Positions 20,541 through 28,643 of a DNA stretch of 35,763 bases are shown piece after piece; positions within the stretch are counted from its first letter, which is position 1, and the number at the start of each line of letters is the position of its first letter. The translations under genes and the position numbers were made by a program. The notes below the pieces were generated by a model that was not told the origin of the DNA, ran no database searches, and worked only from the letters and a program-made list of their open reading frames with translations. This DNA is from Candidatus Woesebacteria bacterium (lineage in GTDB: Bacteria > Patescibacteriota > Microgenomatia > UBA8517). The DNA lies in assembly GCA_003484955.1 (NCBI GenBank), contig DMZH01000003.1, positions 1-35,763 of the forward strand, given 5' to 3'.

Positions 20541-21299
20541 CTATGTCAAACAAGGAGATTTGTCGTTTTTGAGAGCGCGGTCGAGTGCATCCATAAAAGG
20601 ATAAATTGCCTGAAGGCCGTCCGGATATCTTTTAATAACGAATAGGCGTTCATGGGTGAAATCGGGCAATGTTTTACCTTGAGGAATATTGACCACCAGA
20701 CAGTTGGGAATATCAGCCTCAATTGCTGCCTGAACAAATTTTAAGGCATCATCTATGAATACAACCCACGGAGCTTTTGAGGCTATTTCTTTAAGTTTTT
20801 GGATCTTAAATTCCGCACCGGAAAGATTATCACCATTACTTCTAATAAGAATGTTCTCAGGCTTAATTTCGGGAAATTTACACTCAAACCAATTGAGTGT
20901 TACATCTTTAAATTCCGAGTTTCTTGAGGTCAATATAAAATTCCGCTCAGGACCATAGTGCTTCAGTGTCTTTTGAATTACCGGCTTTACATAAAGTATG
21001 CTTTGGGACTTCTCAAGAACCTCAGGACTATAGAAATCGTCTTCAGCATGGTTTATAGCGTCTTCAGTAAGTCCGGCGTTTCTGGCGATGTCAGTTAAAT
21101 AAGTCCAACCGTCTATGTCTGAGGTTTTAACCGGAATTCCGTGTTTTTCAGAAAATCTTTTGTAAACTTCTTTTGATGTATCCGAAAAAATTCCGTCATT
21201 GTCATAGACAAAAACTGTTTCGGGATTTTTAATAACTTTTTCGAAAAGTTTCCAATCACCGGTAAAAAGTTCAGAGAACCTATAAGGCTGGCGTTCCAT
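20541..21299 (-). CDS. HAD-superfamily hydrolase, 5'(3')-nucleotidase-like
   Basis: YDNDG (DxD), ILTSR, conserved K, FIDD. Confidence 0.8.
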   Translation of the reverse strand: MERQPYRFSELFTGDWKLFEKVIKNPETVFVYDNDGIFSDTSKEVYKRFSEKHGIPVKTSDIDGWTYLTDIARNAGLTEDAINHAEDDFYSPEVLEKSQSILYVKPVIQKTLKHYGPERNFILTSRNSEFKDVTLNWFECKFPEIKPENILIRSNGDNLSGAEFKIQKLKEIASKAPWVVFIDDALKFVQAAIEADIPNCLVVNIPQGKTLPDFTHERLFVIKRYPDGLQAIYPFMDALDRALKNDKSPCLT

Positions 21300-21650
21300 G
21301 GATTAGTCTTTTTAACACACTTTTGGGATAAAATCCATGCCTAGCCTGAAGCTAAAACCTCGTGTAATCAATTCTAAAGCCAGTCTGGATTGAAAGATGA
21401 TTAACTTGATCATCGAATCGAACCGAAAACATGGGAAATACCGCAAAATCCATAAAAAGGAGACAAAACTACCGGGGACCGGGGGAGGGGTGAAAAGGAG
21501 TTGAATTTCCTTCGGCTAAACTTCGGAGAAGTTATTTTTAACAAATTTTCAAAAGTGGAGAATTATATAAAAAGTAAGACCATAAACAATTAATGGCCGG
21601 AAAAGATTAATGCATACAACAAGAGTCACTACGCTCCATCCACATATTAG

Positions 21651-21682
21651 AAACCGAGTGTAAGGGTTATTATACTCGGTTT
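21651..21682. other. Putative dif/Xer recombination site
   Basis: AAACCGAGTGTAA-GGGTTA-TTATACTCGGTTT: 13-bp inverted arms (1 mismatch) with a TAA-N6-TTA core; non-coding; about 1.1 kb from the intact Xer gene. Confidence 0.7.
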
Positions 21683-21951
21683 AATCAAATTCAATATAAC
21701 CGTATATCTAATCACACTTCCTAATAGAGAGTGGTAGAACCTCTCTTACCTTATCAATATATGTGATGGCTCTCTATGCCACGTCTCCCTAAAGGAAGTA
21801 CACTGTTGCACGCCTTTATATGTATATTAGTTATCCACAAGGAGGCGTACTTAAGAGCAAAGGTGTATTTTGAAGCTAATAACTATATCAAACTATACAA
21901 ATCCTCCAAGAATGGGCTTCGGCTTTTCTTCGACAAGGTGTCTACGTCGCA

Positions 21952-22023
21952 TTTCGTGAAAACAACCTATAATTTTCGTGAAAACATATTCGGTTTCACG
22001 AATATATATCCTATAATTATAGG
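21952..22023. repeat. Direct/inverted repeat cluster (probable protein-binding sites)
   Basis: TTTCGTGAAAACA at 21952 and 21974; inverted partial copy GTTTCACGAA at 21993; palindrome CCTATAATTATAGG at 22010-22023. Confidence 0.7.
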
Positions 22024-22097
22024 GTGTCTACTACCCTCCTCCCCTGCCGGACCGTGTCAGTAATTTTTAATTTAAAATTTAAAATTAATAATTGAGG

Positions 22098-22868
22098 CTA
22101 CGCGCCCCAGTGAGTTGCAATAAACATTGCAGCGAAGATTAAAGCTCCGACCAGGAGGTGTTCCCTAATGGTGGACTTAAAAAGTCTTTCCTCGAGCTTC
22201 GCCTGCCCCAATCCCAAAAGCATATAAAAAGAGGCTGTCAAAAAAAGAGATCCTACTACTATTGTTGTAGGCCAAAAATAAAGCGCTGCGGACAGTTCTG
22301 CTGTGATAAGTGAGGAGATAAGGGAAAGTTTCATAAGCTCCCCCGAATATTCCTTGTCTAAAACCATCGACCAAAAGCCCTGAAGATATAAAGGAAACGA
22401 CAAAACAAAAACCGCGGTAACTAAATAATATATTTCTGTTCTAATAGAGAGGATTGCGTCAAAAACAAGGAAAGAAGCAACAAGAGTGAGCACAAAACCT
22501 ACTCCCCTCGCCGCTCTGAGAAGAGCTATGGTTCTGACCGACGCAACCGAATAAATATTCGCGGTTAAACATAAAATATAAATCCCAATACCGTAAAAAA
22601 GAACAATTGGAATTCTCGCAAAAATATTGGCGGGGAGCAAAAACCAGAAAAACCCGACGCCAAGCGTATACATCACCGGCAGCACCAAAGTAAGGAGAGT
22701 CATGTTTCTACCCAAACTTTCAAAGAGAGACCAGAGAAAAAGCGCAAATGTCAAAAGTCCTAAAATCCCTATCGCCCAAAATCTGTTTTGGTCATTTAAA
22801 AACTGTACCCCAATAAAGCCGAAGGAAAGAATAAGTGAGGTAATGACAAAGCGGGTGCGTTTGGACAT
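22098..22868 (-). CDS. Polytopic membrane protein, unknown function
   Basis: About 9 hydrophobic segments; starts 10 nt after the yebC stop. Confidence 0.85.
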   Translation of the reverse strand: MSKRTRFVITSLILSFGFIGVQFLNDQNRFWAIGILGLLTFALFLWSLFESLGRNMTLLTLVLPVMYTLGVGFFWFLLPANIFARIPIVLFYGIGIYILCLTANIYSVASVRTIALLRAARGVGFVLTLVASFLVFDAILSIRTEIYYLVTAVFVLSFPLYLQGFWSMVLDKEYSGELMKLSLISSLITAELSAALYFWPTTIVVGSLFLTASFYMLLGLGQAKLEERLFKSTIREHLLVGALIFAAMFIATHWGA

Positions 22869-22878
22869 TGTATATTTC

Positions 22879-23613
22879 TTAAATCTTAGACATCACGTCG
22901 TCGGGAATATCCGCGTTGATGAAAACATTCTGGACATCATCGTGGCTTTCAACTTCATCAATAAATTTCATTATTTTTCCGGCAGTGGAAGGATCGGTAA
23001 CTGTTACGAAATTCTTGGGTTTCATCTGAAGTTCCGTCTCGGTTACCTCAAAGCCGGCTGCAACCAGGGCTTTATGAATTTGTCCCAACTTATCGGGGGC
23101 AACATAAATCTCAAAACTACTTCCTATATCTTCCATGTCCTCTGCCCCGGCATCGATGAGTTGAAGCATTTGTGCATCAGGATCATCTTTTTTCTTGATA
23201 ACCATAAATCCTTTGCTTTCAAAATTAAAGGCAACGGAGTTTGGGCCACCCATACTCCCCCCTGCCCTATCAAAAAGATTTTTAATTTCCTGCGCGGTTC
23301 TGTTTTTGTTGTCTGAGGCAACCTCTATCATAACCCCGATTCCACCGGGGCCAAATCCTTCGTAGGTAATTTCCTCAAGATTGGCAGCCTCGGTTGTTGC
23401 TTTGGCAATTGCTCTTTCAATATTTTCCTTGGGCATGCTAACAGCTCTTGCTTTGTCGATCTCAAACCGGAGCTTGAAGTTCATGTCCGGGTCCCCACCG
23501 CTTTTAGCGGCAATCATAATGGCACGGGCCATCTTACTAAAAAGGTTTCCCTTGGCTGCATCATTCACCGCCTTCTGGCGCTTGATGGTTGCAAAATGAG
23601 AATGTCCACTCAT
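22879..23613 (-). CDS. yebC: YebC/PmpR family protein
   Basis: MSGHS...IKRQK, GGDPD.N..LR, MPKENIERAI, YEGFGPGG, SDNKNRT, DDVQNVF.N. Confidence 0.96.
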   Translation of the reverse strand: MSGHSHFATIKRQKAVNDAAKGNLFSKMARAIMIAAKSGGDPDMNFKLRFEIDKARAVSMPKENIERAIAKATTEAANLEEITYEGFGPGGIGVMIEVASDNKNRTAQEIKNLFDRAGGSMGGPNSVAFNFESKGFMVIKKKDDPDAQMLQLIDAGAEDMEDIGSSFEIYVAPDKLGQIHKALVAAGFEVTETELQMKPKNFVTVTDPSTAGKIMKFIDEVESHDDVQNVFINADIPDDVMSKI

Positions 23614-23666
23614 ACTACCCCGTATTATACCAAATTTACCTTAATACAAAAGTCCTGGCTTGCCTA

Positions 23667-23696
23667 TTGACAAATCGTACGACTACTCGTACGATT
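23667..23696 (+). promoter_or_regulatory. TA promoter with overlapping palindromic operator
   Basis: TTGACA (23667), 17 bp, TACGAT (23690); perfect inverted repeat AATCGTACGA-CTAC-TCGTACGATT. Confidence 0.85.
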
Positions 23697-23701
23697 ATAG
23701 C

Positions 23702-23968
23702 ATGACTACTATAACTTTAACCGCCAGTGAAGCCAGGGAAAACCTGTACAAACTTATTAAAAAGGCCTCTATGGGTATTCAAGCTTTTGAAATCAAGTTA
23801 AGAGGTTCTGAGCCGGTTGTCCTTATGAGCAAATCCGAACTTGAGTCCTGGGAAGAAACTTTAGATATATTGTCCAGTCCGGAAGAAGTAAAAGCACTTA
23901 AAGAAGCTCGTAAAGAAACCAAACTTTATAGCGAGGCCGATGTGAAAAAAATGCTTGGTCTTAAATAA
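23702..23968 (+). CDS. Phd/YefM family antitoxin
   Basis: LTASEARENLYKLI...VVLMS..E.ESWEETL.IL. Promoter geometry places the start at ATG 23702. Confidence 0.9.
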   Translation: MTTITLTASEARENLYKLIKKASMGIQAFEIKLRGSEPVVLMSKSELESWEETLDILSSPEEVKALKEARKETKLYSEADVKKMLGLK

Positions 23969-24216
23969 TGGATCTTTTCTTCAAACCTGTTGCCACCAAA
24001 GAATTGAAAAAACTTCCAGTCGTCGAGGCTAGAAAGATATTTAAAAAAATTCAACTACTAAAAGAGTTTCCGTTTTCAGGTAAACCCTTAAGTGGAGAAT
24101 TTGAAGGATCACGATCCATCAGGACTTGGCCGTATAGAGTGATTTACAGAATACAACCCAAGGTCGGAATCGTCATTGAAACTATCAAACACCGCCAGAG
24201 TTCATATAAAAGATAA
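23968..24216 (+). CDS. RelE/ParE family toxin
   Basis: A.KELKKLP, GKPLSG, R..PYRVIY, I.HR...Y; TAATG coupling to the antitoxin. Confidence 0.9.
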   Translation: MDLFFKPVATKELKKLPVVEARKIFKKIQLLKEFPFSGKPLSGEFEGSRSIRTWPYRVIYRIQPKVGIVIETIKHRQSSYKR

Positions 24217-24255
24217 CACCATTCCGATTGTTATATTGACAGAAAATTCTTCACG

Positions 24256-24507
24256 ATGTTAAATGATTTTGTGATAAAAAATTCTAAGGATGAACATTTA
24301 TATAAAGTTTTTTCTGAGGCCTTCCATGAAGTTGTTGAGCCCCATCTGGAAGACATCAAAGATACATTGGAAAACGTTGAAACCAGATTGGATAAAGTCG
24401 AAACTAAACTGGATAAAATTGATGACCGGCTAGATAGACATGGAACGATACTCGATGGTCACGAAAAAAGAATGTCAACTCTGGAGGAAGTCTCCCCGAT
24501 CCACTAA
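24256..24507 (+). CDS. Small coiled-coil protein
   Basis: Heptad repeats LENVETRLDKVETKLDKIDDRL. TTGACA at 24236 suggests the true start may be GTG 24271. Confidence 0.7.
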   Translation: MLNDFVIKNSKDEHLYKVFSEAFHEVVEPHLEDIKDTLENVETRLDKVETKLDKIDDRLDRHGTILDGHEKRMSTLEEVSPIH

Positions 24508-24531
24508 ACCCCTAACTCCCAATAAGAAAAA

Positions 24532-24747
24532 CTAAATGTTTTGTAGTCTGTGGCTTGCCATGAGAAGCTCTTCGGCGAGAAGTTTATGTTCAAGATTCAA
24601 ATCTATTTGTAAAAATCTTTTTAGTTCCGGTTTTTCTTCAAGATTTTTCAATAAAACAGAAACAAATTTTTGGTTGGTACCCATTGCCGTCCAGTAAGCT
24701 GCTCTTCGTAAGTCTGATGCTGTATTTAAATAATCCAACTTTGTCAT
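24532..24747 (-). CDS. Small helical hypothetical protein, partner of the DUF5674-like gene
   Basis: ATGA overlap with the upstream gene. Confidence 0.7.
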   Translation of the reverse strand: MTKLDYLNTASDLRRAAYWTAMGTNQKFVSVLLKNLEEKPELKRFLQIDLNLEHKLLAEELLMASHRLQNI

Positions 24748-25073
24748 TTCAATAGATTTTCCGTAACCTTAGTAAACACTTTTCTTATGTCAGGATCAAG
24801 TATTTCCATGCTGTCATTCTCCTCCCCCGGTCTAATATTTATTATTGCCTGCATATCAATCTTTCCGGAAGATAAATCAAACCCTCCTCCCCATAAGTTT
24901 TTCTGTACAGAACCATTTTCTATAAGAATTTTTTCTGCATCGGCATGAAATTTTCCGCCGATGGCAATAATCTCTTTTTTAATATCCGCGACAACCTTTA
25001 CATAACTACTAAATTCCTCAGAAGCTTTCTCAATTTCTTCTTTTGTGGCTTTTCTTTCCAAAATGACTATCAC
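24744..25073 (-). CDS. DUF5674-like protein
   Basis: VKVVADI, GG.FHADAE..LI..GS.Q.NLWGG, INIRP; extended -10 TGGTAAAAT upstream. Confidence 0.75.
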   Translation of the reverse strand: MIVILERKATKEEIEKASEEFSSYVKVVADIKKEIIAIGGKFHADAEKILIENGSVQKNLWGGGFDLSSGKIDMQAIINIRPGEENDSMEILDPDIRKVFTKVTENLLK

Positions 25074-25115
25074 AAGAAGATTTTACCATATTATGGAGCC
25101 ACTTCCCTCCAACAA

Positions 25116-25532
25116 TCAAACCTCTAAATTAATCTTTCCTCGTTTGTAAAAAAATGATATTTGGCCCAAGTGGTCAAAAAATCCGATCTCACCCAAAAGA
25201 GAGAAGCCGTTTGATGGAATGTCATTAGTGAACACAATCGGAGTTGAAAAGCTAACACTTTCGCCTCTATTGTAAATCATTAAATCTAAAACGGCCAAAA
25301 ATCCGGTTAATTTTTGACTCTTTTCACCAACTCCGCCAAATATTATTGGCTTGTCCATGTTTAGACTTAATCCAAGATCTTTGGCTATGGACAGGTGAAA
25401 AACATTAAAATCAGCACCAGAGTCTATAAGAGCTGGAACATTTACAGCTGAATTCTTATAGGAAAGTCTGACAGGAATAATTGGTCTTTTATGTGGGCCA
25501 ATTTTAATATAATCAAACTTCATTTTCTTCAT
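25116..25532 (-). CDS. Retropepsin-like (clan AA) aspartyl protease
   Basis: RPIIPV, ALIDSGAD, LLG..GFF. Confidence 0.85.
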   Translation of the reverse strand: MKKMKFDYIKIGPHKRPIIPVRLSYKNSAVNVPALIDSGADFNVFHLSIAKDLGLSLNMDKPIIFGGVGEKSQKLTGFLAVLDLMIYNRGESVSFSTPIVFTNDIPSNGFSLLGEIGFFDHLGQISFFYKRGKINLEV

Positions 25533-25717
25533 CCAATGAAAGCTGTTAAATTTGAGGGAACACGAAAAATATTGGGAACTTTATACCCCATTTTTTTAGC
25601 TTTTCGGTAAACAAACGAGGAGGTTTTGCCGGATACCACCACTTTTGCAAAACGATCGTCCATTGCTACCCACTTTCCTTTATATTTTTTATAAACCGGA
25701 GTTAAATCCTTGGTCAT
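25529..25717 (-). CDS. DUF5678-like small protein
   Basis: KYKGKWVA...VVVSG...A...G...P..FRVP; ATGA overlap with the protease gene. Confidence 0.75.
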   Translation of the reverse strand: MTKDLTPVYKKYKGKWVAMDDRFAKVVVSGKTSSFVYRKAKKMGYKVPNIFRVPSNLTAFIG

Positions 25718-25739
25718 ACAATTTTAGTATAACACAACT

Positions 25740-28592
25740 TTATGGAGCCACTTCCCTCCAAGTGGTTAGGCTGTAGGCAAGGTCGACCGGGAAGAGAAGT
25801 TCCTGGTCGGGAGCATATTCAAAATATTCTGCCGGTGTGGTTGTGTTTGTGGCAGAACCTAAATCCCTCTGTAAATTCATTCCCCCATAAGCCGCCACCG
25901 TTCCCCTCACCCAAAGTTGAGAGGTTCCTCCGGTTCCTGAGCTGAAAGTTCCATCGGCAACATAAATTCCTTCAAGGTTCGCCGATCCTCCCCCACCAAC
26001 ACCCGGATCAACAATAATATTTCCATAGCTTCCGGCAGTATTTTCACCCGCAACTGCTAAAAAGAATCCGCTTCCCTTGGTAAGTTTGATATTTCCTTTA
26101 ATACTCAGGTTGGCCCCTTTAACAATCAAGATAATTTTTCTGGCCCCAAGATTGGCAGCAGAGCTAATGGTAAGCGGGATACCTCCCATAGCCGAACCGT
26201 CATATACGTACCAATAGTATCCATTGTAGGCAGTTCCGCCGCTTGCAAAGAAGCTACCGGCAACAGAACTTGATGAAACCGGGTTTATAACGGCATCTCC
26301 CGGAATTGAATTTACAAAATAATTCGAATCATAAATTTTGCTCGTAGAGTATGTCGTGTTTACAAGCCAACCGGTTGCCGAAACATTCGGTTTTGTCAGG
26401 TTTGTCGATGTACCGTAAACGGCAACGCCGGGGTATCCCCCGTCCCCATTTTTACCAAATAATTGCCCCGGAGGAATAGTGCTTCTTAGATCCTGATTTG
26501 TAGCCACGTCACTATCTTTTACCTGCCACCAGGGATTTGAGGTGACACTAACCGCCGTCGTAGCAGAACACCTGCTTACACCCGACATAATCACATTTGC
26601 CGTTACAGTAGCGGATCCCCCTGACACTCCGGTTATATTTGTTGTATACGAACTGGTTGTATCGGAGGCAGGATTAACAGTTGCTATACCCGTATTTGAA
26701 GATGCGAAATTCACACTGGAAATTGTTCCGTTTGAGAAAGTCACATTAGTACCGGCCGTCTGTGAACCTCCCACCGACATACTGTAATTCGGCGAGTTAA
26801 ACGAAATTGTACAGGAAGGAGGCGGATAATAATGCCACCAGAGATCGGCATACCCATTGCTGCTTCCGCAGAATGAATTATCCGGCAAATTTACCGAACT
26901 TGACATTACAGGAGCACTGGTATGGCAAGCCGTGTTGTTATAGCAAAGTGTATAGCCTACAGTGTAATTTGCAGGAACAGATACGGATACCGTCCTTGTT
27001 TTACTTGCACTTTGATAAAACAAAAAATAAGGCTGGGTGGATGTGGATGTTAAAGGATCGTTCAAGGTAACAGTTTGGCTGTTTGCAGGGGCAATATTTT
27101 GATTGCCCGGCATTACAACCTTATAACCCTGAACTGTACAGGTGGGCGCTTCTTGCAAGAAAAACCATAGACCGTATGTTTGTCCGCTTACCAATCCGGT
27201 ACAAGTTACCGTGCCTCCGGAAAGTGTACACTTTCCGGTACCTTCCTCAATCCATTTTAATGTATAGTTTGAAGGGAGATTGGCAAGAGCAAAAGTGAAA
27301 TTTCCAGAAGCTGAAATTCCTTGTGCAGAGTAAGGGTAATTGTATGCTCCACCGGCGCAATTAGTGTGATAGTTTATTGAACCTGTAGCTGCACCGGAAT
27401 AATTTATTGCCAGACCTGAAATGTTCGGGAAAGTTCCACAATTTACATCTCCCGGATCCTCAATTACCTGATAATATCCATCATCAAAAACGCCATTACG
27501 GTTTTTATCCAATCCAACAACTACCTGCATAGTTATACCTGATGGTGGAGGTGGGGTTGCAGTAGTACACCCGTCGGCAATTGGTTTACAGCCTGTGGAA
27601 CAACAAACTTGGGTATCGTTATCACAAGTTTGGGTTCCACACTCAGTGGTTCCCCCTGGAGATGGAGTTGGGGTTGGACCACCACCACTTATCGAACAAC
27701 TGTTGCTACCATCTACAACACATTCTGAAGATGAACAACTTGGGCTACAATTCAAATAATTACCACACGAAATTGAGCCACCGCTAGTATCTGCAGGGCA
27801 AACTGTATCGTTAAAACAAACACCACCACCCACACAAGGTTGACCTATATAATCACAAGATGTACCAGTTATAGTACACCTCAGCTGAGTCGTACTTGTT
27901 CCACACTCAAAAAAGCCTGTGCATGCTGCCAGAGCTCTGCCCACCTTAAACGGATTATTCTTTTCAAAAAAGGACAATATATACCTCAGCAGGTTTGAGC
28001 CATTTTTTGACACTTCTATAGGTCTTGGGGAAGTTTCGATATATCTTTTAATCATTTCATTAGTCTTTGTACTTATTTCTTCGTTCGTCCAAAAATCCGG
28101 ATTTTTGGACATCATAAGTGCCCTACTTAATGCGACAATCAAAGCATATGTAAGTCTTTCTTTTTCTGTATAATCAGGTGAGATGTATATTTTTAAGCGA
28201 AGATTGCCTTTATCAAACTCCTGACCAAAAGAACTCAAAACTTCATTTTGTGCACCCACTACCCTTCCCCATTTTTGAGGCTCTTGGGTGAGAGTAACTG
28301 CAACATTTGAAAAATTCTGCCATTCTATCTTCTCCCAATCGTAGTATTTTTTGTCAGAAGGTGATCCAAAACCCGTTTCTTTTAATAAATTATTGAAGGT
28401 ATCATTGTCACCTACCTGTACTGAATATCCATTGATGCCACCTGATATTTTAACCGGTATAGGAGAGTACTTAGTGAATAAATAATAACCCACTTCAGCA
28501 AGAATAACGACTACAAAAAATCCCAACAGGACCAAAAGAAACTTAACAACCTTGTCGGGTTTTTTGGTCTCAACTACTGTGTCATCAGACAT
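25740..28592 (-). CDS. Large Cys-rich surface protein with an Ig-like domain and a WREVAP C-terminus
   Basis: N-terminal TM; Cys-rich segments; PTPTP linkers; FASSNTGIATV (Big_2-like); Gly-rich beta C-terminal domain. Confidence 0.8.
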   Translation of the reverse strand: MSDDTVVETKKPDKVVKFLLVLLGFFVVVILAEVGYYLFTKYSPIPVKISGGINGYSVQVGDNDTFNNLLKETGFGSPSDKKYYDWEKIEWQNFSNVAVTLTQEPQKWGRVVGAQNEVLSSFGQEFDKGNLRLKIYISPDYTEKERLTYALIVALSRALMMSKNPDFWTNEEISTKTNEMIKRYIETSPRPIEVSKNGSNLLRYILSFFEKNNPFKVGRALAACTGFFECGTSTTQLRCTITGTSCDYIGQPCVGGGVCFNDTVCPADTSGGSISCGNYLNCSPSCSSSECVVDGSNSCSISGGGPTPTPSPGGTTECGTQTCDNDTQVCCSTGCKPIADGCTTATPPPPSGITMQVVVGLDKNRNGVFDDGYYQVIEDPGDVNCGTFPNISGLAINYSGAATGSINYHTNCAGGAYNYPYSAQGISASGNFTFALANLPSNYTLKWIEEGTGKCTLSGGTVTCTGLVSGQTYGLWFFLQEAPTCTVQGYKVVMPGNQNIAPANSQTVTLNDPLTSTSTQPYFLFYQSASKTRTVSVSVPANYTVGYTLCYNNTACHTSAPVMSSSVNLPDNSFCGSSNGYADLWWHYYPPPSCTISFNSPNYSMSVGGSQTAGTNVTFSNGTISSVNFASSNTGIATVNPASDTTSSYTTNITGVSGGSATVTANVIMSGVSRCSATTAVSVTSNPWWQVKDSDVATNQDLRSTIPPGQLFGKNGDGGYPGVAVYGTSTNLTKPNVSATGWLVNTTYSTSKIYDSNYFVNSIPGDAVINPVSSSSVAGSFFASGGTAYNGYYWYVYDGSAMGGIPLTISSAANLGARKIILIVKGANLSIKGNIKLTKGSGFFLAVAGENTAGSYGNIIVDPGVGGGGSANLEGIYVADGTFSSGTGGTSQLWVRGTVAAYGGMNLQRDLGSATNTTTPAEYFEYAPDQELLFPVDLAYSLTTWREVAP

Positions 28593-28643
28593 TATCTAAC
28601 TTTATATTAGTATCACAAAAAATTCAATTGGTGAGGTTTTAAT

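Larger units (their letters stand above)
25091..25761. repeat. 22-bp direct repeat (25091-25112 and 25740-25761) flanking a two-gene module
   Basis: TTATGGAGCCACTTCCCTCCAA is identical at both positions; it encodes WREVAP-stop on the minus strand. Confidence 0.95.

Noticed and set aside
21810..21839. TGTATATTA resembling the E. coli dif core
   Set aside because: The arms do not form TAA-N6-TTA symmetry; 21651-21682 fits much better.
21776..22063. 95-aa ORF in the intergenic region
   Set aside because: No recognisable motifs; it overlies DNA repeats and palindromes.
21300..22097. Calling this region oriC
   Set aside because: Only one perfect DnaA box seen, no dnaA/dnaN nearby, and gene orientation is convergent rather than divergent.
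22627..23316. 229-aa + strand ORF and other antisense ORFs within hppA, gyrA and the surface-protein genes
   Set aside because: These are shadows of well-supported genes on the opposite strand.
18134..25761. Classical integron or prophage
   Set aside because: The recombinases lack the IntI-specific insertion, no attC-type repeats were seen, there are no phage genes, and yebC lies in between.
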